A stretch of DNA of 64,000 bases, from assembly GCA_043818055.1 (NCBI GenBank), contig JBDRGF010000075.1:10078-74077 (forward strand), given 5' to 3'. The notes beneath the pieces are model-generated. The model had not been told where the DNA came from. It saw only the letters and a program-made list of their open reading frames with translations, and did no database searches. Both the position numbers and the translations under genes were made by a program. This stretch comes from Pseudomonadota bacterium (lineage in GTDB: Bacteria; UBA10199; 2-02-FULL-44-16; JBDRGF01). Positions 26,940-36,814 of this stretch are shown here, one piece after another. Position 1 is the stretch's first letter. Each line of letters opens with the position of its first letter.

Positions 26940-28985
26940 CTAGAATATCGCTACATCCCTCCAGATGAATTTATTTCCCAGAGACTCCTGTCGAAAGGTG
27001 AGCGTTCCATTTGGATCAGTTGTTGTCTCGGATATTTGTTCACCTATTTTTACCTTATATTTTTTCTCCTTCGAAAGTCCGCCGATCTGGAAGCTTAAGC
27101 TATCCATATTTCTTATCTTAAATGATAGCCCCTCTTCCCCTTTGGTCCAGTTTTCAATCTTGCCGTTGGCCTTTATGAGAAAAGGGGTCTTTGGATAATT
27201 TGGAGTCAGGTGGATCTCAGAGATGGTGCCATTGTCTAGATGCACATATGTCACTCCCTGAAGGCTATTGAAACCTATCACCCCTTTTGATTTTTCCAAA
27301 TCTATATTACCTGTATAGTTGTCGAATCTGATGGTCCTCAAATCGCCGTTATCTGAAACCGCCCACGCGGTTTTTGAAATCTTGCTAAATTTGGTCGACA
27401 AAAAACCCTTCAGGACATGGAGATATTCAGAGAGGAAGGCCGGGTTCATCTCCTGGGTGAGTGCCCAGTCATAGGCCTTTATTATTGCATTAAGGGAGGG
27501 TTCGCGTTCCGCGTTATATATATGATAATAGACATCGATCGCACGCAGGCGAATAGGAGATCCTGTATTTTTAAATGTTTCAATTATATATTTGTATCCC
27601 CAGTAAGGTCCGCTCCACATATTGGTATAAACATTTTCGTTGCTATTGATGGCGTAGTTTTGCAGCAGGCCGTTCACATGACGAAAGAGCGGGGCGACAT
27701 AGGTGTAGCTTGGGTATTCGTTGTCGAATCTCGTATCGCCACCGTTGACATTCATTATGTTATGATCATTCACATATTTTAAAGCCTCATAGTCAGGCAG
27801 ACAATCACCCGTCCAGAAGAACATATCGACCTTTTTTCCTTTCGGAACGATGTTTTTGTTTAAATATTCGATCGATTTTCCGATCTCGAATTCAGGAGAG
27901 TACGTATAGCCGGGGACCTTGATGCCGATGAGACGATCTTTTTTCTCCCATATGAACGGGTGAGCCCAGCCGTGACTTGCGGGTTGAATATTTGGCAGCT
28001 CAAATGTCCTTTTCATTATTCCTACGATCGAGTCTCTTTCCCTCTTGCTGACCGTAGTCAAAATATCTCCAACAACAAATGATGCCGAAACCGGAAGGTT
28101 ATATTTGTTCAAAACCCTATCATACATGACCTGTCCGCAATTCTTTTTTTTGTCTATCAGGCTCATGCTTCTTACACCATCACCATCAATATGGCTGTAG
28201 AACATGCGCGTGCCATTTAGTGTTGTAACATCCGGCTTGGGAAAATCGGCGTCAAAGACAGCTGCAAAATATTTAAAAGGATTGATCAACCAACGTGTCT
28301 GGTAGTTTATTGAATTATAATATACGGCATACGATGAAAGAATATATCCGCCGACAGAGCTTTTAAAAACTGCGTCACAAACAGTTCCGGTGTCCTTTCT
28401 CTTGAGTTTTAGATATACCTTTGCCAGTTTGTCGGTTGTTTGAAGGTTAGAGAATGAATTCAAATCCTTTCCAAGCTTTCTTTCAAACTCGGTGATATCA
28501 GGATCTTTGTATTCTACATCGATCAGAATTGAGCTGGTTGTCGCGCCTCTAGGTTCATATTTTACTTTGAAAGCTTTGAAAAAATTATCCCAGATACTCT
28601 TTTTTGTTGGAATCATATTCTCATTATAATCGAAGCCGAACTGATCTATTATCATCACTTTTTTGCCGTTATTCAGCTGTCGGGTAAGCCATTTGGCATA
28701 GTTCGGAGCATTGCTAAGCACATTGTCAGTAAACCAGCTGACGATTCCTACGTATTTTTGCATCTCCTCGTCAGAGGGGAGCCTCTTTGAAATATCGACG
28801 TAATCGACCGTAAAGCCGAGATGATTGAGCGGCATCTCGACCCTTTTTGCAATCATGTTTTCGTAGATCTCTTTAATTTCGTTACCGTCGATTACAGCAA
28901 GAATGTTTCGATTCACAGCCTGAGCAAATGAGCTTGAGGAAATAAGAATGGCAACAGTAAAAATAAAATATTTTAAGTTCTTCAT
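26940..28985 (-). CDS. PelA-like polysaccharide deacetylase protein (no N-terminal hydrolase domain), paralog 1
   Basis: Signal peptide; PKPDVTTLNGTRMFYSHIDGDG, ASHGWAHPF, FWTGDC, NGGDT, NENVYTN, DVYYH motifs. Confidence 0.8.
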   Translation of the reverse strand: MKNLKYFIFTVAILISSSSFAQAVNRNILAVIDGNEIKEIYENMIAKRVEMPLNHLGFTVDYVDISKRLPSDEEMQKYVGIVSWFTDNVLSNAPNYAKWLTRQLNNGKKVMIIDQFGFDYNENMIPTKKSIWDNFFKAFKVKYEPRGATTSSILIDVEYKDPDITEFERKLGKDLNSFSNLQTTDKLAKVYLKLKRKDTGTVCDAVFKSSVGGYILSSYAVYYNSINYQTRWLINPFKYFAAVFDADFPKPDVTTLNGTRMFYSHIDGDGVRSMSLIDKKKNCGQVMYDRVLNKYNLPVSASFVVGDILTTVSKRERDSIVGIMKRTFELPNIQPASHGWAHPFIWEKKDRLIGIKVPGYTYSPEFEIGKSIEYLNKNIVPKGKKVDMFFWTGDCLPDYEALKYVNDHNIMNVNGGDTRFDNEYPSYTYVAPLFRHVNGLLQNYAINSNENVYTNMWSGPYWGYKYIIETFKNTGSPIRLRAIDVYYHIYNAEREPSLNAIIKAYDWALTQEMNPAFLSEYLHVLKGFLSTKFSKISKTAWAVSDNGDLRTIRFDNYTGNIDLEKSKGVIGFNSLQGVTYVHLDNGTISEIHLTPNYPKTPFLIKANGKIENWTKGEEGLSFKIRNMDSLSFQIGGLSKEKKYKVKIGEQISETTTDPNGTLTFRQESLGNKFIWRDVAIF

Positions 28986-28986
28986 A

Positions 28987-30384
28987 TTATGCCTCCGCCG
29001 TATCGACGTGCACGATGATCCTTTGGCTGACAAATGTATAAAAGAGAAGGTGCTTGAGTCTGTAGTTGAAAAGGATAAAGCCGGTCAGCAGTGCCAGAAA
29101 GCAGCTACCCAGATATCCATATCCATAGTAGCTATAACCTAGCTCGATAGATAATCTGGAAAGGACTATATTGGTGATTGCGAAAATCGCTGACATGATG
29201 AGGGCGTCGAGTCTGAAATCGAAATAAAGCATCATGAGGAGCAAAGGTAAAAGCAGCGACTGGAGAAATGTCGCGAGTATGACCACCTGAAATATGGCAA
29301 GCCCCATCGCCGACATCCCCACGCGTTCGTATATGCTGTTCGAAAAAACGATTCCTATGAGGGTTATAGTGCCCTGAAAGACCAACATCCTCCCCAAACT
29401 TAAGTAGAGATCCTTGAGTATGTTCTTTCTTCTCTCATCCAGTGAGACATATGGATGCTTGTTCAGGATTGAGAGAAAATATTTTTTGTAATGTATGTAG
29501 AAGCTCGTCTCAACTCTTATCGTCACCATAGCCAGAGAGGGTACGATGAAGAGGTATGCAAGAAAGACTGGGACATCATATGATGGGGAGGCATAGAGGA
29601 AGCCATGAACGTAGTCTCTGGTTTCAGGAGAGAACCAAAAAACGAATTTATCTCCCCACACACCGATGTTGTAAAATGTGGCTATGAAAGCCAGGGCCGT
29701 ATATTTTCTGAAATACTGAAAAAAATAGAATTCGATACGCTTTCTAAAATCGAATTCGGTGAAGACCTGAACGACGAGGAGGATGACCAGTGTCACCTGC
29801 CCGACGGTGAAACCGGATAACAGTCCCAACAGTCCGAAGTATTTTCCAAGAAAGAATCCGGCGAAGATGGAGAGTATTGATCCTACCATGAATGAATGTA
29901 CGATTCTTATATATTCCTTCGCGCCAGAGAGGAGGATCATGGCGATCCAGCTGATGCCGATAGTTATGAATAAGACGATAGCAGTGATTTCGATGCCAAA
30001 GCCTAAGTCCAGAAATAGTGATCCTGTCACGCCTACGATAGCATGGAGGAGTATGGACATGCAAAGAAGGCCGACGAAAGCCGGGATGAGCGCTTTGAAA
30101 TCTTTTACGAATATTCTATCCGCGATATATCTCGTTAAGACCATCTGCGAGAAAGATGAGAGTATCAGTGAAAAGCCGTATATATAAACGACTAACGTTC
30201 TAAAGACTGTAACATCGTAAGGGTCCATTTTTCCATAGGAGAGGATTGTGAGGATGAGGATCGAAAAGATTGTGAATAGCACCGGTCCGGCAGAGACGAC
30301 GGCGGAGTAGGCATACCCTTCCAACAAATTCAGGTATGAATTTCTTGATAGAATTTTTTCCAGTCTAAATCCAATTCCAGCCAT
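28987..30384 (-). CDS. pelG: Pel exopolysaccharide transporter PelG
   Basis: MAGIGFRL start, AVVSAGP, TRYIADRIF, GVWGDKFVFW, YDVPVFLAYL. Confidence 0.9.
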   Translation of the reverse strand: MAGIGFRLEKILSRNSYLNLLEGYAYSAVVSAGPVLFTIFSILILTILSYGKMDPYDVTVFRTLVVYIYGFSLILSSFSQMVLTRYIADRIFVKDFKALIPAFVGLLCMSILLHAIVGVTGSLFLDLGFGIEITAIVLFITIGISWIAMILLSGAKEYIRIVHSFMVGSILSIFAGFFLGKYFGLLGLLSGFTVGQVTLVILLVVQVFTEFDFRKRIEFYFFQYFRKYTALAFIATFYNIGVWGDKFVFWFSPETRDYVHGFLYASPSYDVPVFLAYLFIVPSLAMVTIRVETSFYIHYKKYFLSILNKHPYVSLDERRKNILKDLYLSLGRMLVFQGTITLIGIVFSNSIYERVGMSAMGLAIFQVVILATFLQSLLLPLLLMMLYFDFRLDALIMSAIFAITNIVLSRLSIELGYSYYGYGYLGSCFLALLTGFILFNYRLKHLLFYTFVSQRIIVHVDTAEA

Positions 30385-30406
30385 AAAAAACTCCAAAAAA
30401 ACAGTA

Positions 30407-30433
30407 GTAGGGGTGGTTCGCGAACCATCCTAC
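30407..30433. repeat. GTAG-type REP palindrome
   Basis: GTAGGGGTGGTTCGCGAACCATCCTAC. Confidence 0.75.
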
Positions 30434-30436
30434 CTT

Positions 30437-31906
30437 TTATATATAATGTTCATACAAATTCCGATATGAGAGTATCATATCCTCTTCATTGTAATATTTC
30501 TCAATTCTCTTTATTCCAGCCTGAGACATTTTCTCATATAACTCATCGTCATTTAATAGTTTCATAATAGATACCGCGGTCTCTTCGGGAGAATAGAACT
30601 TGCAAACTATTCCGCTCGGACCGATATCTCTGTCCTCATCATTTTTTCCCTCTAGAAGCTCTCTGCATGATCCGACATCGGTTGCGACGACAGGTATTCC
30701 GCAGGCGTTTGCTTCCAGAATAACGAGGGGTTGAGCCTCGCTGATGCTGGTCAATATGATGAGATCTATCATAGGATAATACTTTTTCACATCGACATGT
30801 CCTGTGAAAACGATATTGTCATTGAGCTTCATCATTCTTATCAGAACGCTGCATTCCTGATAGTAATCCGACTCCTCCTCCTGAGGCCCGATCAAAAAGA
30901 TCTTAAGATCGGGTACCTGTTGAACGATGATCTTACACGCCTTGATGAGAGTTTTGACATCCTTGATCGGAACAATTCGTCCAATGTAGGCGATGCTCTT
31001 TCTCTGTCCGCCCTTTTTTCTCTGCATCACGATCTCTTTGAAATCGTTTAAATTTACACCGTTTGGTATGATATCAATCTTTTTTGCGTCTGCGCCATCC
31101 AGGATTTCGGATTCTTTATTTCCTGAATAGAGAGTGGTTATGGTGTCAGCATATGAATAAGCAAGTTTACTCATCGTGTTGAAATATTTGATCCACCACT
31201 CTTTGAAGAAGCTGAGCTCCGGTGTCGCCTTTATGAATTCGCTTTCCACTTCGTAGAGCCAGCTTGCCTGTGCGATTTCGATTCTGCGCTCTTTCGTATA
31301 TATTCCGTGCTCGGTGATGATCATGTTGCTGTTGAATTTGATCTTGGCAAGGGATGCCAGAACTCCTGCGTAACCGGTGGATATGGTATGATAGACCGGG
31401 GCAGGAGGGATGTTGGCTTTGAGCACCTGCATGATAGGTAAAAAGGTGAAACGATAATTCCAGAAAAAGTCGAGAAAGCTTATATTAGTACGCGTCTTAT
31501 CATATGATGCCCTGACGGTATTCCAGAAATCCCTTGAGCTGAATGCATATGAAAGATCCAATTGATATCGTTGCTTCATGAGTCTTAAGAGAAACATCTC
31601 CATCTTATCTTTCGGAACCTCATCGATACCCTTATAGAAGAGATCGAAGAATTCAAAGAGATCTTTGATCTTTGTCGGAAAGAGTTTCGGTTTGAATTCG
31701 AAATCGTGAAGATAGACATTGATGATACTTTGCACATTGTTGGGAAGCTCATAACGCTCGATCCTCGTGTCCTTTGGCTTCGGCATGATGGAAAGGATCG
31801 AAAATTTAATCTCAGGCATGCCTTTTATGATGTTGTGCACCCAGGCGGAGACTCCTCCTCTTACATATGGATAGGTGCCCTCAAGCACCAGGCAGACATC
31901 ACTCAT
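30437..31906 (-). CDS. pelF: GT4 glycosyltransferase PelF
   Basis: LEGTYPYVRGGVSAW, TEHGIYTKER, GRIVPIKD, SISEAQPLVILEA. Confidence 0.92.
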   Translation of the reverse strand: MSDVCLVLEGTYPYVRGGVSAWVHNIIKGMPEIKFSILSIMPKPKDTRIERYELPNNVQSIINVYLHDFEFKPKLFPTKIKDLFEFFDLFYKGIDEVPKDKMEMFLLRLMKQRYQLDLSYAFSSRDFWNTVRASYDKTRTNISFLDFFWNYRFTFLPIMQVLKANIPPAPVYHTISTGYAGVLASLAKIKFNSNMIITEHGIYTKERRIEIAQASWLYEVESEFIKATPELSFFKEWWIKYFNTMSKLAYSYADTITTLYSGNKESEILDGADAKKIDIIPNGVNLNDFKEIVMQRKKGGQRKSIAYIGRIVPIKDVKTLIKACKIIVQQVPDLKIFLIGPQEEESDYYQECSVLIRMMKLNDNIVFTGHVDVKKYYPMIDLIILTSISEAQPLVILEANACGIPVVATDVGSCRELLEGKNDEDRDIGPSGIVCKFYSPEETAVSIMKLLNDDELYEKMSQAGIKRIEKYYNEEDMILSYRNLYEHYI

Positions 31907-33789
31907 ATAATCCCCTCTTTTAGGAAGGTCTGGACGATCGTTTTTGCAATCGTACCGGATTCTTTGAATTTATCTCTTTCTGCAATCTTTATCAAATATG
32001 GAAGCGCGCGTGGATCCCTGTGCGTCGTAATAATTTTCAATAAAATGTTTCGCATTTCATCATCATCGACAGCGAGCATTTCAATTAATTCCTCAAGCAG
32101 AGATTGAATCAGTTTTTCATCATTGAGGTCATACAGTTTTTTCAAAAAGAGCCTCTTCCATTTTACATCGGGCATTGTTTTGAAAAATTGCCTGGCTATT
32201 CTTTGTTTGGAAAAAAATATAGTTGTCATCTGGTCGCACACGGAGTTGATAGTCGGTTCATCATTTTCCAGACTCAATTTTGTGAATATAGCCTCAGAGA
32301 GCAATCTGTAAAATTGCAGTTTCATGACTATGGGTGTAAAGTTCAGAAGCAGAGGATATTTTTTACTATCATCGTTTTTTATATATATGAACAGAAGTTC
32401 GCTGTGATGTGTTATCAGGCTCGTGAGGGCAAGCCTTATAGCATCCCCTTCATAGTGTGAAAGCTGTTTTTGATGTGAGCTTAATAAAAACTCAAATGTT
32501 GATATCGATGGTGAAAACTCCAATAATGCCAAAGCAAGATATCGGACGTTGTTGTTATGTTCTCTTTCGAGCGTCATTTTCACGCTTTCCAGTATCTGAT
32601 CCGGTGATAGAGAGAGCCCGCTTCGGCGAATTAGAAATTTAATGATGATTTGTTTTTGCATAGGAAGTATCTGTTGTGACATGACGCTTAAAATCTTCTC
32701 CTTATCTTCGAGTCTCCATGTTCTGCAAAGAGCCCAAGTAGCATTATATGAGGTGAGAGGATCCTTCTGGATAAATTTCATCAGCATATCGATATTTGAA
32801 TGTTCTGCGAGATATCCGATAGAGTAAATGAAGGATTGTAGCAGGATCTGGTTGCTGGTCTGCATGAGGCCTTCCTTCAGAAACTGTTTATGTTTTTCAT
32901 CATCAGTTCCGAATTTACCGATCCTGAAAATTATTTCTGATTTCAGTTTTATATCGCTGATATTTCTAAGTTTGTAGAGGATCTGAGGTTTTATCAACCC
33001 CTGTACCCTGTCGAGTGTGCGTGTCGCGGTGAGTCTTGCCCTTTGATCTTTATCATACACTATTATTTTGATCAGTGGGAGGACGATTTTCCTGGTTGGT
33101 ATCCTTCCGACGAATTCAATCAGAGAGTTTCTTGTTTTGGGATCCTTTTCGGTCTTTATCGCCTTGAGAAGATGTCTTGCGCTCCATGGCGATTTTCGCA
33201 TAGCAAGGGCAAAAGCAGCTTCGGTTCGCACATCCTTATCCTTGTGATGAAGGAGTTTTAAAAATGTTCTCCAGGAGACATTGGTGGTCCACTTTGAAAG
33301 TGTTTTTATGGAATTGATGAGGAGCTTTTTGTTTGTAGATTTTAGAGTATGTTTTACAATTCCTGCCGCCATCGGATCATTAATGCTTCCTAAGGCTTCA
33401 ATGATATACGTGCTTGAAATGATATCTTCCGGATCCAGTATGTCTAAGAGGTAAGGTGTTGCAAGTCGTTCCTGCAGCATACCCAACAGGTAAATAGACG
33501 TAAGCTTTATTTCAGAATCTATTGAGTTGAGTTGGCTGATAAAATAGTTTGTTTTAAAAATTTTATCTCCGAAGTGGATACTCCTTCTGATCTCATGCCT
33601 CAACTCTCTGTCGCCGTTGAGATAGAATAAAAATATTTTGGAAATACTCTCTTCGTCGTTTGTATCATTCAGGTGTTGTATCTGGTAGATCTTGTCGTTG
33701 AGTGTAAAGTTTACCATCTCCCTTTCGAAGGTCTCAAGAGGGGCTCTCAATATCTCATTTCCTAAAATAATATTTTGTGAATAGCTCAT
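31903..33789 (-). CDS. HEAT-repeat protein within the pel operon
   Basis: Repeated helical units (DVRTEAAFAL, RARLTATRTL, NVRYLALALL); overlaps the pelF start. Confidence 0.7.
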   Translation of the reverse strand: MSYSQNIILGNEILRAPLETFEREMVNFTLNDKIYQIQHLNDTNDEESISKIFLFYLNGDRELRHEIRRSIHFGDKIFKTNYFISQLNSIDSEIKLTSIYLLGMLQERLATPYLLDILDPEDIISSTYIIEALGSINDPMAAGIVKHTLKSTNKKLLINSIKTLSKWTTNVSWRTFLKLLHHKDKDVRTEAAFALAMRKSPWSARHLLKAIKTEKDPKTRNSLIEFVGRIPTRKIVLPLIKIIVYDKDQRARLTATRTLDRVQGLIKPQILYKLRNISDIKLKSEIIFRIGKFGTDDEKHKQFLKEGLMQTSNQILLQSFIYSIGYLAEHSNIDMLMKFIQKDPLTSYNATWALCRTWRLEDKEKILSVMSQQILPMQKQIIIKFLIRRSGLSLSPDQILESVKMTLEREHNNNVRYLALALLEFSPSISTFEFLLSSHQKQLSHYEGDAIRLALTSLITHHSELLFIYIKNDDSKKYPLLLNFTPIVMKLQFYRLLSEAIFTKLSLENDEPTINSVCDQMTTIFFSKQRIARQFFKTMPDVKWKRLFLKKLYDLNDEKLIQSLLEELIEMLAVDDDEMRNILLKIITTHRDPRALPYLIKIAERDKFKESGTIAKTIVQTFLKEGII

Positions 33790-33792
33790 TTT

Positions 33793-34884
33793 CTATGCCC
33801 AGAAATTTACTACTTCATATTTTTTAAAATCTTCAATTTTGGAAAGATCCACTTTTTTTAACATCGACACAAATGCATCGTAATCCTTCAGCGCAAATAG
33901 AGTTTCCATAATCAGTTGTTGATAAGCCGGATTGTCGCCGTCTGTATCAAGACATTCCTTGATATCATTTTTTGCTTTTTCATAATCTCCGATCTCATAA
34001 TATATGTGGGCCTTTAAATATGTGTATTTTACATCTTGACTGAGCGTGCTCAGTATCCTCAACGCCTCATTATAATAATAGTATTTTGAGATATCATCCA
34101 ACAATCCGCTCTCGGCGTAAGTTACATAAAACTGGGCGAGATCAAACCCCAAAAACTTGTCATTCGGATTCAGATCATGCTTGAAAACCTTATCCTTGAT
34201 CTTTATTGCAAATTCATCTTCCAGCCTTCCCAATATGCCGGCAGCGAAGAGGCGCACCTCGATATCTTCATCCAGAAGGGCTATTCTCAATGTGCTTATG
34301 GCTTTTTGTGTGTGGATGCTTCCCAGAAGTTTTACCGCGCTCTTTTTTAGATCCTGCTGCTCCCCCCTGAAGATGTCTATAAAAGGTTCGATGTCGAGCC
34401 TGTCGAGTATTTCGAGTTGTTTAAGTCTTTTATTTTTTTCCTTAAATACATTTGGATCCTGAACGGTGATCTCGTCGCTGATGATGGGGGGAGGCCTTCT
34501 CTTTTGAACGAGCTGGATGAGATAGATGAAGAGAAACATGATGATTCCATATAGTGGCAGTGTAATGCATAGGAAGAAGGCGTAGACCCACCACACGTTG
34601 TTCCTGTATTTGCGTTTCAATTCATCACGGGCAGTTATCAAAAAGAAACCGAAGGCGCAAAGTATTGCATTGAGAGTGTGGAATATTAAAAAGAAGAAAA
34701 AACTGACATATTCAATGCCGAATATTTTTAGTGCTACAGGAATATTGCAGAGGACGGCTAGTATTATCGCTATTATTCCGATGACGATTTCAATGCGTTT
34801 CTGGGTCTTCCTCCATCGGGGAGCGTTTTTGATATATATTCTTTCGAACCAGTTCATTTTGTACCGTTTTTCCCATAAAGCCAA
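33793..34884 (-). CDS. PelE-like membrane protein with HEAT/TPR repeats
   Basis: N-terminal TMs, ALLDEDIEVRLFAA, C-terminal TPR; located between pelD-like and pelF. Confidence 0.65.
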   Translation of the reverse strand: MALWEKRYKMNWFERIYIKNAPRWRKTQKRIEIVIGIIAIILAVLCNIPVALKIFGIEYVSFFFFLIFHTLNAILCAFGFFLITARDELKRKYRNNVWWVYAFFLCITLPLYGIIMFLFIYLIQLVQKRRPPPIISDEITVQDPNVFKEKNKRLKQLEILDRLDIEPFIDIFRGEQQDLKKSAVKLLGSIHTQKAISTLRIALLDEDIEVRLFAAGILGRLEDEFAIKIKDKVFKHDLNPNDKFLGFDLAQFYVTYAESGLLDDISKYYYYNEALRILSTLSQDVKYTYLKAHIYYEIGDYEKAKNDIKECLDTDGDNPAYQQLIMETLFALKDYDAFVSMLKKVDLSKIEDFKKYEVVNFWA

Positions 34885-34894
34885 TCGCTAGAAA

Positions 34895-34918
34895 GGGCGG
34901 TTCGCGAACCGCCCCTAC
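34895..34918. repeat. GTAG-type REP palindrome
   Basis: GGGCGGTTCGCGAACCGCCCCTAC. Confidence 0.75.
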
Positions 34919-34924
34919 ATTAGT

Positions 34925-36325
34925 TTATAATCCCACCTCTTTCAACATGTCCTGCGTCGATTTAATCCTGTTGGGATTATAATCCGAAACTACAATCGTA
35001 TCTTCGAGCTTTTCATCGGTAAGCGCTCTCTTAAATTCGTATTCATTTATCTTTTTAGTTATTTTTTCCTTAAGCCCCTGAGCCTGCGGTCCGGGGGTCG
35101 TAGCTAAAAGCAGAACCAGAGGGACTTCATCCTTTGGCGTTCTCGCAAGAACGTCGAAGGATCTCAAATTCGTTTTAATAAGGGAGACGATCGATTTGAT
35201 GACTGCTTCATGTTCTTCCCCTTTGAGCTCATTCATCTTCGTCCACTTGAACGCCATGATGGAGAGCGGCAGCATGTAGTTGATCGAACGGGTGAACTCT
35301 TCATCCAGACGGGTTAGGAAGAAATGATATTTATATACATCATATAGCTCATCCTTGATCTGTTTCTCCTTCATCTTCATAAATGTGAAGGCGTTGTTGA
35401 GTGAAGATGCTGCGAGTTCGCATGTGATTCTTGCCGCCTGAATCGTAGAGTCGGTCATTTTAAGAAGCGGAATCTTCTCAATGCTCGCTACGCCGTAAAC
35501 TTTGTTCTCGATGCCGAGCACCGGTATGGCCAGGACGGAATCACCCAGAAAGGTCGATTGGTTTACGTCATATGTCTCTTTGTTTAAAACGAAATCCTTG
35601 ATGTTGAGAGTCTTCTTTGTTTCAGCAGAGAGGCCTATCAATCCCTGTCCTACTTCAAAGGATGTCGGTCGCCTGTAGTAATCCTTCCATCCCTTGGAAT
35701 GTTTTAGGTACAAAAGGTTTCCCTCGAGTGCGTAGAATGAACTCTCTTCGGCAGAGAGATAATTGGAAAAACCGTCCAGAATCCCCTTGTAGATATCGTC
35801 GGGATTGAATGACTTCAGTTTTTTGCTTATCTCGTTTAGTATCGTGATCGTGTCGTGGGTTGTGGCAACATTGACAGTGAGATCTTTATGCGCCTCTTTG
35901 ACGATTTCATTTTCTCTTGTCAAATTGTCGTTCTGATTTTCCAGCTCCTCAACGCGCGTTGTGAGATAATCCTCTCTGAGGATGTAGACGGTCTTGATCT
36001 CACCTATGAGAAATCCAACCTGAAGGAACAAAAATGGATGGATGAGTACCCACGGGTTGTCATAGAGGATGTCCGTGCCATTGAATAAGAACTGATAGGA
36101 TAAGAAGACGATCGATGTGGATATGCTGGCAAAGAGCCCCCCATTTCTTCCGTATCGGCCGGCGATTCCCAAGACTATTATCCAGTATGGGCTTGGATTG
36201 AGTCCTTCAAATGCAGGTCTGTCAGGCATGAAGGCAAGATTGATTCCGATCAATATCATCAGCCCCAGAACTGTCTCAATGATATAAAGCTTAGTGCGTT
36301 TTATTCTGATTATTCGATCATACAT
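34925..36325 (-). CDS. PelD-like c-di-GMP receptor (TM, GAF, degenerate GGDEF)
   Basis: N-terminal TMs with IAGRYG, coiled coil, GAF, RSFD (RxxD I-site) before a degenerate active site. Confidence 0.75.
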   Translation of the reverse strand: MYDRIIRIKRTKLYIIETVLGLMILIGINLAFMPDRPAFEGLNPSPYWIIVLGIAGRYGRNGGLFASISTSIVFLSYQFLFNGTDILYDNPWVLIHPFLFLQVGFLIGEIKTVYILREDYLTTRVEELENQNDNLTRENEIVKEAHKDLTVNVATTHDTITILNEISKKLKSFNPDDIYKGILDGFSNYLSAEESSFYALEGNLLYLKHSKGWKDYYRRPTSFEVGQGLIGLSAETKKTLNIKDFVLNKETYDVNQSTFLGDSVLAIPVLGIENKVYGVASIEKIPLLKMTDSTIQAARITCELAASSLNNAFTFMKMKEKQIKDELYDVYKYHFFLTRLDEEFTRSINYMLPLSIMAFKWTKMNELKGEEHEAVIKSIVSLIKTNLRSFDVLARTPKDEVPLVLLLATTPGPQAQGLKEKITKKINEYEFKRALTDEKLEDTIVVSDYNPNRIKSTQDMLKEVGL

Positions 36326-36327
36326 AT

Positions 36328-36705
36328 CTACTCAGTCAATATTTCACGCACCTTTTCAAGGAGTCGGTGCGGTTCAAATGGCTTTGACATGACAAAGGCC
36401 TTCATATTTTTACAAAAATCTGTTTCATCCTTGGTCAGCTGTCTGCTGCTTAGGATCATCACCGGTAATTTTTGAAGTGAGGCTTCCCGTCTCAATTTTT
36501 CAAGCAGTGCGAATCCATCGAGTTTGGGCATCATGAGGTCGAGGATCAAAAGGGAGTAATCTGTCTTTTTAAGTTCTTCGATTGCTAAGGTAGAATCATC
36601 GAGGCGCACTACTTCGAAGCCGCCGTTGGATAGGACAAATTCGACGATATATATGATATCGATTTCGTCGTCGACATGAAGGATCTTCTTTGATTGTTCA
36701 GCCAT
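36328..36705 (-). CDS. Single-domain response regulator
   Basis: ILHVDDE, LDLMMP, KPF. Confidence 0.9.
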   Translation of the reverse strand: MAEQSKKILHVDDEIDIIYIVEFVLSNGGFEVVRLDDSTLAIEELKKTDYSLLILDLMMPKLDGFALLEKLRREASLQKLPVMILSSRQLTKDETDFCKNMKAFVMSKPFEPHRLLEKVREILTE

Positions 36706-36739
36706 AGTTTAACCTCTAAAACAGTTGCTTGTTAATAAT

Positions 36740-36800
36740 GTAGGGGCACACCCACGTGTTTGCCCGTCTTTTTCGGGCGGACACATGGGTCCGCCCCTAC
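36740..36800. repeat. GTAG-type REP doublet (REPIN-like)
   Basis: GTAGGGGCACACCC... and ...GGGTCCGCCCCTAC in inverted orientation. Confidence 0.75.
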
Positions 36801-36814
36801 AACCATCAACATTT